64,000 bases of DNA from Alphaproteobacteria bacterium (GCA_002727315.1 PBWR01000006.1:256094-320093); one strand, 5' to 3'; positions 52,905-62,790 are shown, counted from the first letter of the stretch. The notes: generated by a model not told the origin, from the letters alone. A program made the numbers and translations.

Positions 52905-54653
52905 ATGGATCAAGACCCTCGACTGGCGACTTCCGGCATCGCACGCGAGAATCTGGCCGACGGCTCCGTCGTCCTGCACAGCCGGGCGCCATTGGCCGAA
53001 CCGCTCCCCGATATCCTCGACCGGTTCGACCATTGGTGCGCAACCGATCCGGCAACAACCTTCATCAGCGAACGCAATGGCGGTGAGAATCAATCGGTCG
53101 GCTATAGCGAGATCGACATGATCTCCGATGCACTGGCGGCGCATCTCGTCGATCGGGGTATCACAAAGGGTCAGCGTGTCGCCGCCATCCTCGGTGCGGG
53201 CGTATTCCACGGCGCACTCAAGTTCGCATGCCTGAAGGCCGGCGCGATCCACGTTCCCCTGTCACCTCTGCTGTTGTCGTCGGATCACGGCCGGGCGCGC
53301 CTGGCAGCACAACTCGCCACAGTTCGGCCACGGCTCACGATCGCTATGGCCGACCAGCACGGCGCGGTCCCCGATGAACATGGCGGCGGACTGGCCAGCC
53401 CGGACGAGCTCAACGCTGCCAGCCGAAGCGGGACCTCCTTCACGCGTCCGGCGCACCACGCCGACGATCCCGCCGCGGTCTACTTCACCTCTGGCTCCAC
53501 CGGCGATCCCAAGGGCGTGTCGATCACCCGCAGCATGATGGCCTCGTGCCAGAGCGCCTATGGTGCACACTGGCCGTTCCTGGCTGCACACCGGCCCGCG
53601 TTGATCGACTGGTTGCCCTGGCATCATGTGTTTGGCGGGCTCGACAACTTCCACAAGATGATCTGGTACGGCGGCAGCTATCACGTGGAGACGCCGCCGG
53701 GTCCGGAGAACATGGCGGCCATGGCCGCCCGCATCCGCGATGTCCGGCCGACCATCCACATCAATGTGCCATTCGGCATCGATCTTCTGCTTGAGCACTT
53801 GGCCCACGATGCCGAGACCCGGGAGGCCCTGTTCTCGCGCCTCGACCTGATCTTCTTTGCCGGCGCGGGCATGGGCGCGGAAACCTGGGAACGTCTGCTG
53901 GCGGCCGTGGCCGCGGGCCCGCATGGACCTGGCGGACCGCCGCTCGTTGTCTCCGGATACGGCTCCACCGAGGCGGGTTCGACCATGTGCCTCGGTCATG
54001 AGCCGGCGGGCCGAACCGACGAGATCGGCCTGCCGTTGCCCGGCCACAGCCTGCGACTGGCCCCGGTCGACGATGCGTTTGAGGTCCGGTTCCGCGGCCC
54101 CAATGTCTCGCCCGGCTATATCGGGGCCGACGGGCTGCTGCCCCTGGACCTCGACGAGGATGGCTATCTGCGGACCGGCGACCTCGCGCGTGCATCCCAC
54201 GCGGACCGTCCCGAGCTCGGCCTCAGCTTCGATGGCCGTCTGGCCGAGGACTTCAAACTGACCACCGGTACCCGGGTGAAAGTGGGTGCGCTTCGCCACG
54301 CCATCCTGGCGGCCTGCGCACCCGATCTCCAGGACATCGCCATCGCCGGTGCGGGTCACGACCGGCTCGCCCTGATCCTGTTTCCCGCGAACACGAAATC
54401 GAACGACGCCGAATTACCCTGCCGCCTGACGGCCGCGCTTGCCGCTCACAATGCCGCCATGCCGGGCAACTCCACAGCGATCGCCCGCGCCGCCCTCGCC
54501 GCAGGCCCGCCCGACCGCGCAGCCGGCGAGATCAACGACAAGGGACACCTGGTCCAGAAGACCTGCCTCGCCAACCGCGCGAATCTGGTCGAGCGCCTCT
54601 ATCGTGAAACGCCGGACCGCGACATCATGAATTTCGACACCAACCCTGCCTGA
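52905..54653 (+). CDS. AMP-dependent acyl-CoA synthetase/ligase (feruloyl-CoA synthase-like architecture)
   Basis: ORF 52707..54653 trimmed to ATG 52905 (AAGGA RBS), because the upstream part overlaps upp. It has the AMP-binding motifs YFTSGSTGDPKGV and GYGSTE. Confidence 0.8.
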   Translation: MDQDPRLATSGIARENLADGSVVLHSRAPLAEPLPDILDRFDHWCATDPATTFISERNGGENQSVGYSEIDMISDALAAHLVDRGITKGQRVAAILGAGVFHGALKFACLKAGAIHVPLSPLLLSSDHGRARLAAQLATVRPRLTIAMADQHGAVPDEHGGGLASPDELNAASRSGTSFTRPAHHADDPAAVYFTSGSTGDPKGVSITRSMMASCQSAYGAHWPFLAAHRPALIDWLPWHHVFGGLDNFHKMIWYGGSYHVETPPGPENMAAMAARIRDVRPTIHINVPFGIDLLLEHLAHDAETREALFSRLDLIFFAGAGMGAETWERLLAAVAAGPHGPGGPPLVVSGYGSTEAGSTMCLGHEPAGRTDEIGLPLPGHSLRLAPVDDAFEVRFRGPNVSPGYIGADGLLPLDLDEDGYLRTGDLARASHADRPELGLSFDGRLAEDFKLTTGTRVKVGALRHAILAACAPDLQDIAIAGAGHDRLALILFPANTKSNDAELPCRLTAALAAHNAAMPGNSTAIARAALAAGPPDRAAGEINDKGHLVQKTCLANRANLVERLYRETPDRDIMNFDTNPA

Positions 54654-54665
54654 GGACAGCACATC

Positions 54666-55478
54666 ATGAGCGATGAACCCGTACTCCTGATCGAACGCGA
54701 CCCCGACGATGCTTTCGTGACCCTCACCATGAACCGTCCCGACAAGCTCAACGCCCTCAATCTGGAGCTGCTCGACGCGCTCGAGGATGCAGTCCGTGCA
54801 GCCCAGAAGGACCCGGACATCCGGGCCATCATCCTGACCGGTGCGGGCCGCGCCTTCACCACCGGGTTCGATCTTGTCAGCGACGATTTCGAGATGGACA
54901 CCGAAGCCTGGCGCGAGGACATGTCGGCCAATTGTGACCGGCTGCGAACGATCTGGGGTTCGGAGGTGCCCGTGATCGCCGCCGTCAACGGCTTCGCGCT
55001 GGCGGGCGGGCTTGAGCTGGCGATGTGCTGCGATCTTGCGATCGCATCGGAAGACGCTCAACTCGGCGAACCCGAGGTGCGTCACGCGTCGGGCCCGCCG
55101 TCGCTGATGATGCCCTGGACCATGCCGATCCGGCACGTTCGCTGGCTGATGTACACCGGCGACATGGTGGACGGCCGCGAGGCGGAACGGATTCACCTGG
55201 TGAACCGGTGCGTAACTGCGGACCGGCTGATGGACGAGGCGACGCGGCTGGCGCGCAAACTGTCGCGGATTCCCGGGCCGGCGATCAAGTTCGCCAAGGC
55301 CTCGATCAACCACCAGCAGGAAACAGCGGGTCTCACGAGTTCCTGGCTCTACAATGTCGAGGCGATCTCAAGCCTGCACGCATCGCCCCACGGGCGCGAA
55401 TGGATGCGCAAGATGCGCGACGAACCGCTCAAGGATGTGCTGGCCGAGCGCGAGGTGCCCTTCCGCGACCTGGACTAA
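54666..55478 (+). CDS. enoyl-CoA hydratase/isomerase family protein
   Basis: 270 aa containing LTMNRPDKLNALN...ILTGAGRAFTTGFDL...AAVNGFALAGGLELAMCCDL. Confidence 0.85.
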   Translation: MSDEPVLLIERDPDDAFVTLTMNRPDKLNALNLELLDALEDAVRAAQKDPDIRAIILTGAGRAFTTGFDLVSDDFEMDTEAWREDMSANCDRLRTIWGSEVPVIAAVNGFALAGGLELAMCCDLAIASEDAQLGEPEVRHASGPPSLMMPWTMPIRHVRWLMYTGDMVDGREAERIHLVNRCVTADRLMDEATRLARKLSRIPGPAIKFAKASINHQQETAGLTSSWLYNVEAISSLHASPHGREWMRKMRDEPLKDVLAEREVPFRDLD

Positions 55479-55485
55479 ATCCGTC

Positions 55486-56541
55486 CTAGGCACCTGCCGG
55501 ATCATTCCGCGGCAACAAGACGGGCTCGCCCCGTTCCGCCGACAGGTCGGCCGCGTTGTAGACCTCCATCACCAGGCTTGCCTCGTCCTGGGTCACCATC
55601 ACCGGCCGGCCGTAGACAATCGCTTCAAGGAAATGGTTCGTCTCGTCGTACATCGAACCTGCGAAGACATGATCGACCTGCTCTCCAGGCATCGTCGACA
55701 TCGGGAACTGAATGCCGTTTCTCGTTGTATTGAATTGCACTTCCTTGTGGGTATCGTCGATCGTCAGAGCACCTTCAGTGCCGACCACTTCGATCCAGGC
55801 CTGCACATAGTTCGGATATCCAACCGGCAAGATCCAGCCAACACCCACCGTGATCGTCGTGCCATCATCCATGGTCACCATGACCCATTGGTGATCCGGC
55901 GTGTCGCTCTTCTGATTGAAAAGTTTGCCCGCTTGCTGGGAGTAGACCCGCACCGGCTTGCGCGGTTGCAGGCACCAAAGGACGAAATCCAGGTCGTGAA
56001 CACCCCCGATCGAGGTCGGTGACATTTTCGAACGGCCCGTGATCTTCTCTCCCAGTTCGCGCGTCGAGTGCCGGGAAATCAGGCAGGTGACCGGCTCTCC
56101 GATCGCACCATCCTGCAACGCCTTGCGGATAAAGACGTAACGCGGGTCGAACCGGCGTGAGTATCCGATCGTGACCTTGGCATTATTCGCTTCAGCAACC
56201 GCATAGGCCTTCTCGGCCTCTGCGATACTGGGCGCAATCGGTTTCTCGACGAAAACATGCTTACCGGCCCTCAAAGCCGCCATCACGATAGGAAACCGCG
56301 CCGTTTCCGGGGTCATGGCGATAATGATCGCGTCGATGGATTCGTCCGTGATCAGGGTTTCCCAATCGTCCGTCACCGATACCGGATCGGTTTCCGCAGC
56401 AATCTCGGACTGACGTCTCGGATCAATCTCGGCGATGTGGAGTTGGTCCACGATCGGGTTGCGGGCGCAGGCATTGGCGCGGATGCTGCCAACCCATCCG
56501 GCGCCGATGACTCCAACATTCAGGCGTCTGAAGTCCGCCAC
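55486..56541 (-). CDS. Gfo/Idh/MocA-family oxidoreductase
   Basis: 351 aa with N-terminus LNVGVIGAGWVGSIRANA and the EKP motif (HVFVEKPIA). Confidence 0.85.
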   Translation of the reverse strand: MADFRRLNVGVIGAGWVGSIRANACARNPIVDQLHIAEIDPRRQSEIAAETDPVSVTDDWETLITDESIDAIIIAMTPETARFPIVMAALRAGKHVFVEKPIAPSIAEAEKAYAVAEANNAKVTIGYSRRFDPRYVFIRKALQDGAIGEPVTCLISRHSTRELGEKITGRSKMSPTSIGGVHDLDFVLWCLQPRKPVRVYSQQAGKLFNQKSDTPDHQWVMVTMDDGTTITVGVGWILPVGYPNYVQAWIEVVGTEGALTIDDTHKEVQFNTTRNGIQFPMSTMPGEQVDHVFAGSMYDETNHFLEAIVYGRPVMVTQDEASLVMEVYNAADLSAERGEPVLLPRNDPAGA

Positions 56542-56550
56542 GACCCGTTC

Positions 56551-57192
56551 CTATTCGGCCTCGCCGGACGCGTTACGCCCGCGCAACCGTTCGAAGGCGC
56601 CCAGCACCGCGTCCGCATCAACGACGTCGGCATAGCGCCGATCCACGTCACGCAGGTTGGACTGGTGCGGTTCGTCTTCATGATCGCCGACGCAATCCTC
56701 GGGCACGATGGTCCGGAAGCCGAGACTGAAGGCGTCGATCACCGAGGCCCGCACGCAGCCCGAGGTGATACAGCCGGTGACCACCACCGTGTCGACGCCA
56801 TGCTTGATCAGGAACGGCGCCACCTGGGTGTTGAAGAAGATCGACGGGCCGCCCTTCATCACCACCAGGTCGGGTTTCGCGGCCGCGATCCGCGGGTCGA
56901 GCTCAACCGACGGATGCCCCGCGATCAATTCCTCGCGTAGCGGCGCAATCTTCCAGTGGGGCATCGCCGCGGGGCTGTCATAGCCCATCACGCAAGCGGC
57001 AATGGGAAAGCCGGCCTCGCGCGCGGCGCCCATCACGTTGACCGTACGCTCGACGGCGGCATCGATCATCGGCGCGCCACCCATCTGGAACTCGGGATCG
57101 GTAAAACCGCGTTGAAAGTCCACGACCACAACACCGGGGCGTTCACCCCAGCCAACATCGCGATCCCCGTAGCCTCGTTCGGCGTAATCCAT
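56551..57192 (-). CDS. isochorismatase-family cysteine hydrolase (N-carbamoylsarcosine amidase-like)
   Basis: ORF 56551..57282 trimmed to ATG 57192 (GGGGA RBS). It contains VVVVDFQRGF and VVVTGCITSGCVRASVIDA, the catalytic Cys region. Confidence 0.8.
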   Translation of the reverse strand: MDYAERGYGDRDVGWGERPGVVVVDFQRGFTDPEFQMGGAPMIDAAVERTVNVMGAAREAGFPIAACVMGYDSPAAMPHWKIAPLREELIAGHPSVELDPRIAAAKPDLVVMKGGPSIFFNTQVAPFLIKHGVDTVVVTGCITSGCVRASVIDAFSLGFRTIVPEDCVGDHEDEPHQSNLRDVDRRYADVVDADAVLGAFERLRGRNASGEAE

Positions 57193-57280
57193 GGTTTCGT
57201 CCCCGTTGCGCTGCACCTCTGCATCGCAGACTATCAGATCACGTCCGCCCGTGCGCAGCCTGCAATACAGGAAATCCGCC

Positions 57281-57877
57281 ATGAAGCTCTACATGACTGA
57301 AATGTCCGGCAACTCGTTCAAGGTAAGGGTCCTCGCCGCAATTCTCGGCGTCGAACTCGAGCAGGTGCGCATTAACTGGGAGGGCGGTGAACACAAATCC
57401 CCCTCCTTCCTCGCGCTCAACCCGCGCGGACAGGTTCCGGTGATGGAGATCGAGGACCGCATCTTCTGGGATTCGACCGCACATCTGGTTTATCTGGCCC
57501 GCAGGTTCGGCGGCGAGGATTGGCTGCCCAGTGACCCACTCGACGAGGCCGAGGTCATGCAATGGATGTCCTTCGCCCAGGATGAGGTGCAGTTCGGGCT
57601 GCAATGGGCGCGCGGCGTCACAGTCTACGATCGACGCCCGGACAGTTTTGCAGGCTATCTCGAAGACGGCCGAACCGCGCTCGCAGTGCTCGAACGCCAG
57701 CTCGAGCGGACCGACGACTGGCTCGCACTGGGCCGCGCCACGCTGGCCGACATCGCATGCTACCCCTATGTCAAACGCGCGCCCGAAGGCGATCTGCCGC
57801 TCGACGACTATCCTGCGGTCCGGGCCTGGCTGGAGCGCTGCGAAGCGCTGCCGGGCTGGTTCGCAATGGATCCTTGA
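57281..57877 (+). CDS. glutathione S-transferase
   Basis: ORF 57191..57877 trimmed to ATG 57281 (AGGAAA RBS). It reads MKLYMTEMSGNSFKVRVLAAILGV...LNPRGQVPVM. Confidence 0.8.
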   Translation: MKLYMTEMSGNSFKVRVLAAILGVELEQVRINWEGGEHKSPSFLALNPRGQVPVMEIEDRIFWDSTAHLVYLARRFGGEDWLPSDPLDEAEVMQWMSFAQDEVQFGLQWARGVTVYDRRPDSFAGYLEDGRTALAVLERQLERTDDWLALGRATLADIACYPYVKRAPEGDLPLDDYPAVRAWLERCEALPGWFAMDP

Positions 57878-57944
57878 GCCCATTGAACGTTGCAAGCGGG
57901 GCCGGTCTATTGGAGTATTGATGCACGGCGAGGTCTCGCCGTTC

Positions 57945-57994
57945 CGCCGGAGGCAAACGCGCAAAGTGACACCCCGGCGCATTTTTTTGTTTTT
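57945..57994 (+). terminator. candidate intrinsic terminator after the GST gene
   Basis: CGCCGG (57945-57950) and CCGGCG (57974-57979) are followed by TTTTTTTGTTTTT (57982-57994). The loop is long (23 nt), so confidence is only moderate. Confidence 0.4.
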
Positions 57995-58006
57995 GGGAAC
58001 GAGTAG

Positions 58007-60082
58007 ATGACTTACCGAATTTCCGTCGACACGGGCGGCACATTCACCGACATGGTCGTGCTCAGCGAGGACGGCCAATTTCATGTCGGCAAGGCCCTGA
58101 CGACGCCGGACCGGATATCCGAGGGCATGTTCAACGCCCTCGCCGTCGTTGCCGAGACGTTTGAGACTACACCCCAGGAAATGCTCGCGGCGACGAACCT
58201 GGTAATCTACGGGACCACGCGGGCCACCAACGCGATCGTCACGAAACAGACGGCACGCACGGCCTTCCTGACCACCACCGGGTTCCGCGACATTCTGGTC
58301 TTCAAGGAGGGCGGCAAGCACGGCCCCCACGACTACAGTTACGACTACCCGCAACCCTATATCCCCCGCCGTTACACCTTCGAGATCGACGAGCGGATCG
58401 GCAGCGCTGGCGAAGTGGTGCGGCCGCTCGACGAGACCCAGGCGGGTGAAGTGATCGAGAGTCTGAAGGCACGCGGTTTCGAAGCGATCGCCGTCTCATT
58501 GCTTTGGTCGATCGCAAACGAAGCTCACGAGTCGAGGCTGGGGGAACTGATCGAAGAAATCATGCCCGGCGTTCCCTACACGCTGTCGCACCGCCTCGCA
58601 CCGATCCTGCGCGAGTACCGGCGTGCCTCCGCAACGGCCATCGACGCATCCCTCAAGCCCCTGATGCAAGCCCATCTGCGCCAGATGCGCGCGGACCTCG
58701 CCGATAGCGGCTTCGACGGTGACTTGCTGGTTTCCACGGCCGTTGGCGGCTGCCAGGAGGTCGAATCCCTCGTCGAGCGCCCCATCAACACCCTGAAATC
58801 CGGCCCGGCCATGGCGCCGGTCGCGGCCCGTGCCTATTCCAGCATGGAGCATAAGGGCGGCGACGTGATCGTGTGCGACACAGGCGGTACGACCTTCGAT
58901 GTCGGCCTCGTACGCGACGGCAACCTCATTTACTCACGCGATTCCTGGCTCGGCCCGCTATGGACTGGCGATATCATGGGCACCTCCACCGTCGATGTGC
59001 GATCTGTCGGTGCAGGCGGTGGCTCGATTGCGTGGGTGGACCCGGGCGGCCTACTACGGGTCGGCCCCCAATCCGCGGGATCGGTACCCGGCCCTGCCTG
59101 CTACGGTAATGGCGGCAGCGAGCCAACCGTGACCGACGCGGCGCTCGTGCTCGGCTATATCGACCCCGACTACTTCAATGGCGGTCGCCTGTCGCTTGAT
59201 CGCGATGCCGCGGTCGCTGTGATCACGATACTGGCCGGAACTCTCGGCAAGAGCGTCGACGAGACCGCCCACTCGATCATGGTCATCGCCAATGAGCTGA
59301 TGATCAAGGCGATCGGCGAAATCACGGTCAATGACGGGCTGAACCCCCGCGAGAGCGTGATCGTCGCTGGCGGTGGTGCGGCCGGGTTCAACATCATGCC
59401 GATCGCCCAGGAACTGGGCTGCGATACGGTGGTTTTGCCCCGCACAGCCTCGGCATTGTCGGCCTGCGGCATGCAGTACTCGTCCATCGTGTTCGAGGCG
59501 ACTCGCTCGCGGTTTACGGATTCGAACGATTTCGACCGGGACGGCGCCAACCGGTCGCTCGATGAAATCGAGGCGGAGCTGATGGAGTTCCGAGACAGTC
59601 TCGGCACTGCCAAGGACGCCGAGGTCAGCATCGAGTTCTTCGTGGAGGCACGCTACCGGGCGCAAGTCTGGGAACTGGATACGGCGCTGCCCAAGCCACG
59701 CCTGGCAAACGATGCAGATGTCGCCGAACTGGTGGAAACGTTCCACCAGACCCACGAGCGGGTCTATGCCGTACGCGACGAGGGAAGCCCCGTGGAGTGC
59801 GTGAACTGGAAGGGCCGAATTTCCATCCGGCCCTTCGATCCGCCACCCGTACCGGAACCCACGACGGACAGCCGCACGCCGGAAACCGCGACGACACGAG
59901 AGTGCTTCTTCGGCGGCGACTCCCCCGTCGCGACCCCGATCTTCCGTGGCCCCGAGCTCCAGACCGGTGACACGGTCGAGGGTCCGGCCATCATCGAGGA
60001 ACCCACCACCACCATCGTCGTCTATCCAGGGATGTCTGCGCGCCTAAGCGCCGCGGACAGCTACATCCTCGATTGCGGTTGA
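58007..60082 (+). CDS. hyuA: hydantoinase/oxoprolinase family, A (ATP-binding) subunit
   Basis: 691 aa beginning MTYRISVDTGGTFTDMVV. Confidence 0.88.
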   Translation: MTYRISVDTGGTFTDMVVLSEDGQFHVGKALTTPDRISEGMFNALAVVAETFETTPQEMLAATNLVIYGTTRATNAIVTKQTARTAFLTTTGFRDILVFKEGGKHGPHDYSYDYPQPYIPRRYTFEIDERIGSAGEVVRPLDETQAGEVIESLKARGFEAIAVSLLWSIANEAHESRLGELIEEIMPGVPYTLSHRLAPILREYRRASATAIDASLKPLMQAHLRQMRADLADSGFDGDLLVSTAVGGCQEVESLVERPINTLKSGPAMAPVAARAYSSMEHKGGDVIVCDTGGTTFDVGLVRDGNLIYSRDSWLGPLWTGDIMGTSTVDVRSVGAGGGSIAWVDPGGLLRVGPQSAGSVPGPACYGNGGSEPTVTDAALVLGYIDPDYFNGGRLSLDRDAAVAVITILAGTLGKSVDETAHSIMVIANELMIKAIGEITVNDGLNPRESVIVAGGGAAGFNIMPIAQELGCDTVVLPRTASALSACGMQYSSIVFEATRSRFTDSNDFDRDGANRSLDEIEAELMEFRDSLGTAKDAEVSIEFFVEARYRAQVWELDTALPKPRLANDADVAELVETFHQTHERVYAVRDEGSPVECVNWKGRISIRPFDPPPVPEPTTDSRTPETATTRECFFGGDSPVATPIFRGPELQTGDTVEGPAIIEEPTTTIVVYPGMSARLSAADSYILDCG

Positions 60083-60096
60083 TAAGGGAAGACGTC

Positions 60097-61896
60097 ATGT
60101 CCGAACCACAAACCACACTAGACCCCGTCCTGATTTCGGTGATGGCGAACCGTCTCGACGGGATCGTCCGGGAGATGACCAACACACTGCTGCGCTCGGC
60201 GCGTTCGGCGGTCATCTCCTCGGCCCGCGACTTCTCGTGCTGCCTCGTGACCGGCGAGGACGAACTGCTCGCGCCCGCCGAGGGCCTGCCGGTGCACATC
60301 TTCGGCTGCCATATCCAGACCGCCAACATGCGCCAGTATCACGCTGGCGACATCCAGCGCGGCGACGCCTACCTCGACAACGATCCCTATGGTGGCAACA
60401 CCCACCCGGCTGATCACACCTTCATGGTGCCGGTCTTCTGGGAGGGTGAGCACCTGTTCACCGCCGTTTCCAAGTGCCACATGGCCGACATCGGTAACTC
60501 GATCCCGTCGAGCTACTTCGTGCGCGCGCGCGACGTCTACGAGGAGGGCGCGTTGGTCTTCCCCGGCGTGCGCATCCAGCGCGACTTCAAGAATGTCGAG
60601 GACATCATGCGAATGTGTCGTGCGCGTATCCGGGTACCTGATCAGTGGTACGGCGACTATCTCGCCGGGCTGGGCTCGGCGCGCGTCGCCGAACGGCGCC
60701 TTGAAGCCTTCTGCGAGAAATACGGCAAGGATACGGTGAAGACCTTCATGCGCGAATGGTTCGACTATTCCGAACGCCGGATGATCGACAACATTCGCAA
60801 GCTGCCGAAGGCAAAGCTCGTCAACAAGGGCCGCTCCGATCCTCTCGAGGGCATGCTGCCGGACGGGCTGGAGATCACCGTCAAGCTGGAGATCGACCCC
60901 GACGCAGCGGAGATCCATGTCGACCTGTCCGACAACCCGCCCTCGGTCGATGCCGGGCTGAACACCTCGCTCGGTTCCGCGACCTCGGCGGTGGTCGGTG
61001 CGATCTTCAACGCGCTCGATAAAGACTTGCCGCGCAACGAGGGATCGTTCCGGCGCCTGCATTTCAAGTACGCCGAAGACAGCGTCGTCGCGGCACCCAC
61101 CTTCCCCCATTCCTGCTCGGTCTCGACGACCAACGTGTCGGAGCGGCTGGTCAACATCACCCAGTCGGCTTTCGCGCAGCTCGGCGACGGGATGGGCTTG
61201 TCCGAGGGCGGAGCCGGGCTGGGCGCCGGCATGGCCGTAATCTCCGGCAACGATGCGCGCCGGGGTGGCCAGCCCTATGTGAACCGGCTCATGCTTTCGA
61301 CGAATGGCGGCCCGGCGAGTTCCGAGGCGGATGGCTGGGTCAACTATGCGATCCCGGTGATCGCGGGACTGATGTACCGAGATTCGGTGGAGGTCGACGA
61401 GCTCAAGCACCCGATCCGGGTGGAATCGCTGCAGCTCGTGACCGATTCGGCCGGCGCCGGCCGGCGCCGCGGCGCGCCCGCCCAGCAGATCGAGTACGGG
61501 CCGACCGGGGCGCCGATGACCGCGGTCATCTCCTGCGACGGGCAGCACACCGAACCCCAGGGTGTCCTGGGCGGCCTGCCGGGAACCGCAGGCGAGACCT
61601 GGCTGATCCAGGACGAGAGCCAGCCCGAACGCCTGCCGAACGTGGCCCATGTCACGATCGATGCGGGGCAGCGTATCCGGGGTCGGGATTCCGCCGGCGG
61701 TGGTTACGGTGATCCTCTCGACCGCGAACTGGAGCGCGTGCTTGTGGACGTGCTCGAAGGCTGGGAAACACTCGAGAAGGCGCACGATGTCTATGGCGTG
61801 GTCTTCACCGGCGAGATCGAGGACGACACGCTGGCGATCGACGAGGCCGCGACCGAGGCCCGCCGCGCGGAAATTCGCGAGACCCGTGGGAACTGA
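60097..61896 (+). CDS. hyuB: hydantoinase B / oxoprolinase family subunit
   Basis: ORF 60073..61896. ATG 60097 has an AAGGGAAG RBS. It contains DPVLISVMANRLDGIVREMTNTLLRSARSAVISSARDFSC. Confidence 0.88.
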   Translation: MSEPQTTLDPVLISVMANRLDGIVREMTNTLLRSARSAVISSARDFSCCLVTGEDELLAPAEGLPVHIFGCHIQTANMRQYHAGDIQRGDAYLDNDPYGGNTHPADHTFMVPVFWEGEHLFTAVSKCHMADIGNSIPSSYFVRARDVYEEGALVFPGVRIQRDFKNVEDIMRMCRARIRVPDQWYGDYLAGLGSARVAERRLEAFCEKYGKDTVKTFMREWFDYSERRMIDNIRKLPKAKLVNKGRSDPLEGMLPDGLEITVKLEIDPDAAEIHVDLSDNPPSVDAGLNTSLGSATSAVVGAIFNALDKDLPRNEGSFRRLHFKYAEDSVVAAPTFPHSCSVSTTNVSERLVNITQSAFAQLGDGMGLSEGGAGLGAGMAVISGNDARRGGQPYVNRLMLSTNGGPASSEADGWVNYAIPVIAGLMYRDSVEVDELKHPIRVESLQLVTDSAGAGRRRGAPAQQIEYGPTGAPMTAVISCDGQHTEPQGVLGGLPGTAGETWLIQDESQPERLPNVAHVTIDAGQRIRGRDSAGGGYGDPLDRELERVLVDVLEGWETLEKAHDVYGVVFTGEIEDDTLAIDEAATEARRAEIRETRGN

Positions 61897-61919
61897 GGCT
61901 TCCCCCGGCGGGGGGCCGA

Positions 61920-62618
61920 CTACATGGTCCCCATCAGGTGGAGATTGCTCGGCAGGACCGAAATGTTGTTGTCGACCTGGCTGACGCCGGGGATGCCCTC
62001 GGCCACGACGCGCCCGGCGTCACATTCCTGTTCACTCATGACACCGCCCCACAGCCGAACCACGCCATCATTGACCACATAGCTAACGAAGGTGGTGACA
62101 CCGGGCAGTTCCTTGGCGAGAGAGCCTGCGAGGGTTTCGCGGATCTTCCTGTCATTGCTGTGCAACTCGGATGTCGGGGCAAGGGAGACCAGCCCCTGAA
62201 GCAGATTGGCGCGGCTGACGATTCCGACAATCTTTCCGTCGGGCAACACCGGCACACGCTTGATCCGGTGTGTTTCGATCATCTCGGCGATCCTTGAGAC
62301 GGGCATGTCTTCCACGACCGTCATGACCTCCGGGCTCATCACATCGTGGGCAAGATGGCCATGGCTGGCGATAAATTCCCGCGCTCGCTCGGCCGGGCTC
62401 GTGACCAGGTGCAGCCATCAGGACGACTTGCGCTCGGTATCATTTTCCGACCGGCGCATCAGGTCGCCTTCGCTGACAATGCCAAGCAGCACGCCATCGT
62501 CATCGACAACCGGGACGGCGCTGGTATGGCGGCGAAGGAGGATCCGCGCAACGTCCTTCACGGTCATATCGGGTGATACCGTCTCCGCGTTTCTCGTCAT
62601 GATATCAATTGCTTGCAT
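61920..62618 (-). pseudogene. CBS-pair plus BON domain protein interrupted by one in-frame TGA (62418-62420)
   Basis: ORFs 62418..62825 and 61920..62342 are in the same frame. My translation across the gap is ...SEGDLMRRSENDTERKSS*WLHLVTSPAERAREFIASHGHLAHDVMSPEVMTV.... It is continuous and homologous-looking, with no second stop. The start is at ATG 62618 (MQAIDIMTRNAETV). Confidence 0.7.
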
Positions 62619-62790
62619 GTTCCAGTCCGGGTTCCACGCGCGTTCGAAACAGTTCTTTCTGAAATCATGCTCGCGCGACGCGGCGATCGGGGTATTGCGT
62701 TGGATAAAGCCTCCGAAAGCATCCAGACCGATGCAGGCCATGTATGCTAGACGGTCAGTTCTTCCCGTGGTGTCCATCATCAACGCAGAC

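Noticed and set aside
60118-61785. A 555-aa minus-strand ORF.
   Set aside because: It is antisense to hyuB, which has clear family features and an RBS. This is the same GC-rich shadow effect. Similar cases are 45150..46508 (+), 54414..55313 (-), 28036..28818 (-), 8740..9555 (-) and 165..638 (+).
62418-62420. The in-frame TGA in the CBS-BON gene might be selenocysteine or programmed read-through.
   Set aside because: The aligned position is Trp in homologues as I recall them. I see no SECIS-like hairpin immediately downstream, and a Cys/Sec at this linker would have no obvious role. A TGG to TGA mutation or base-call error is simpler.
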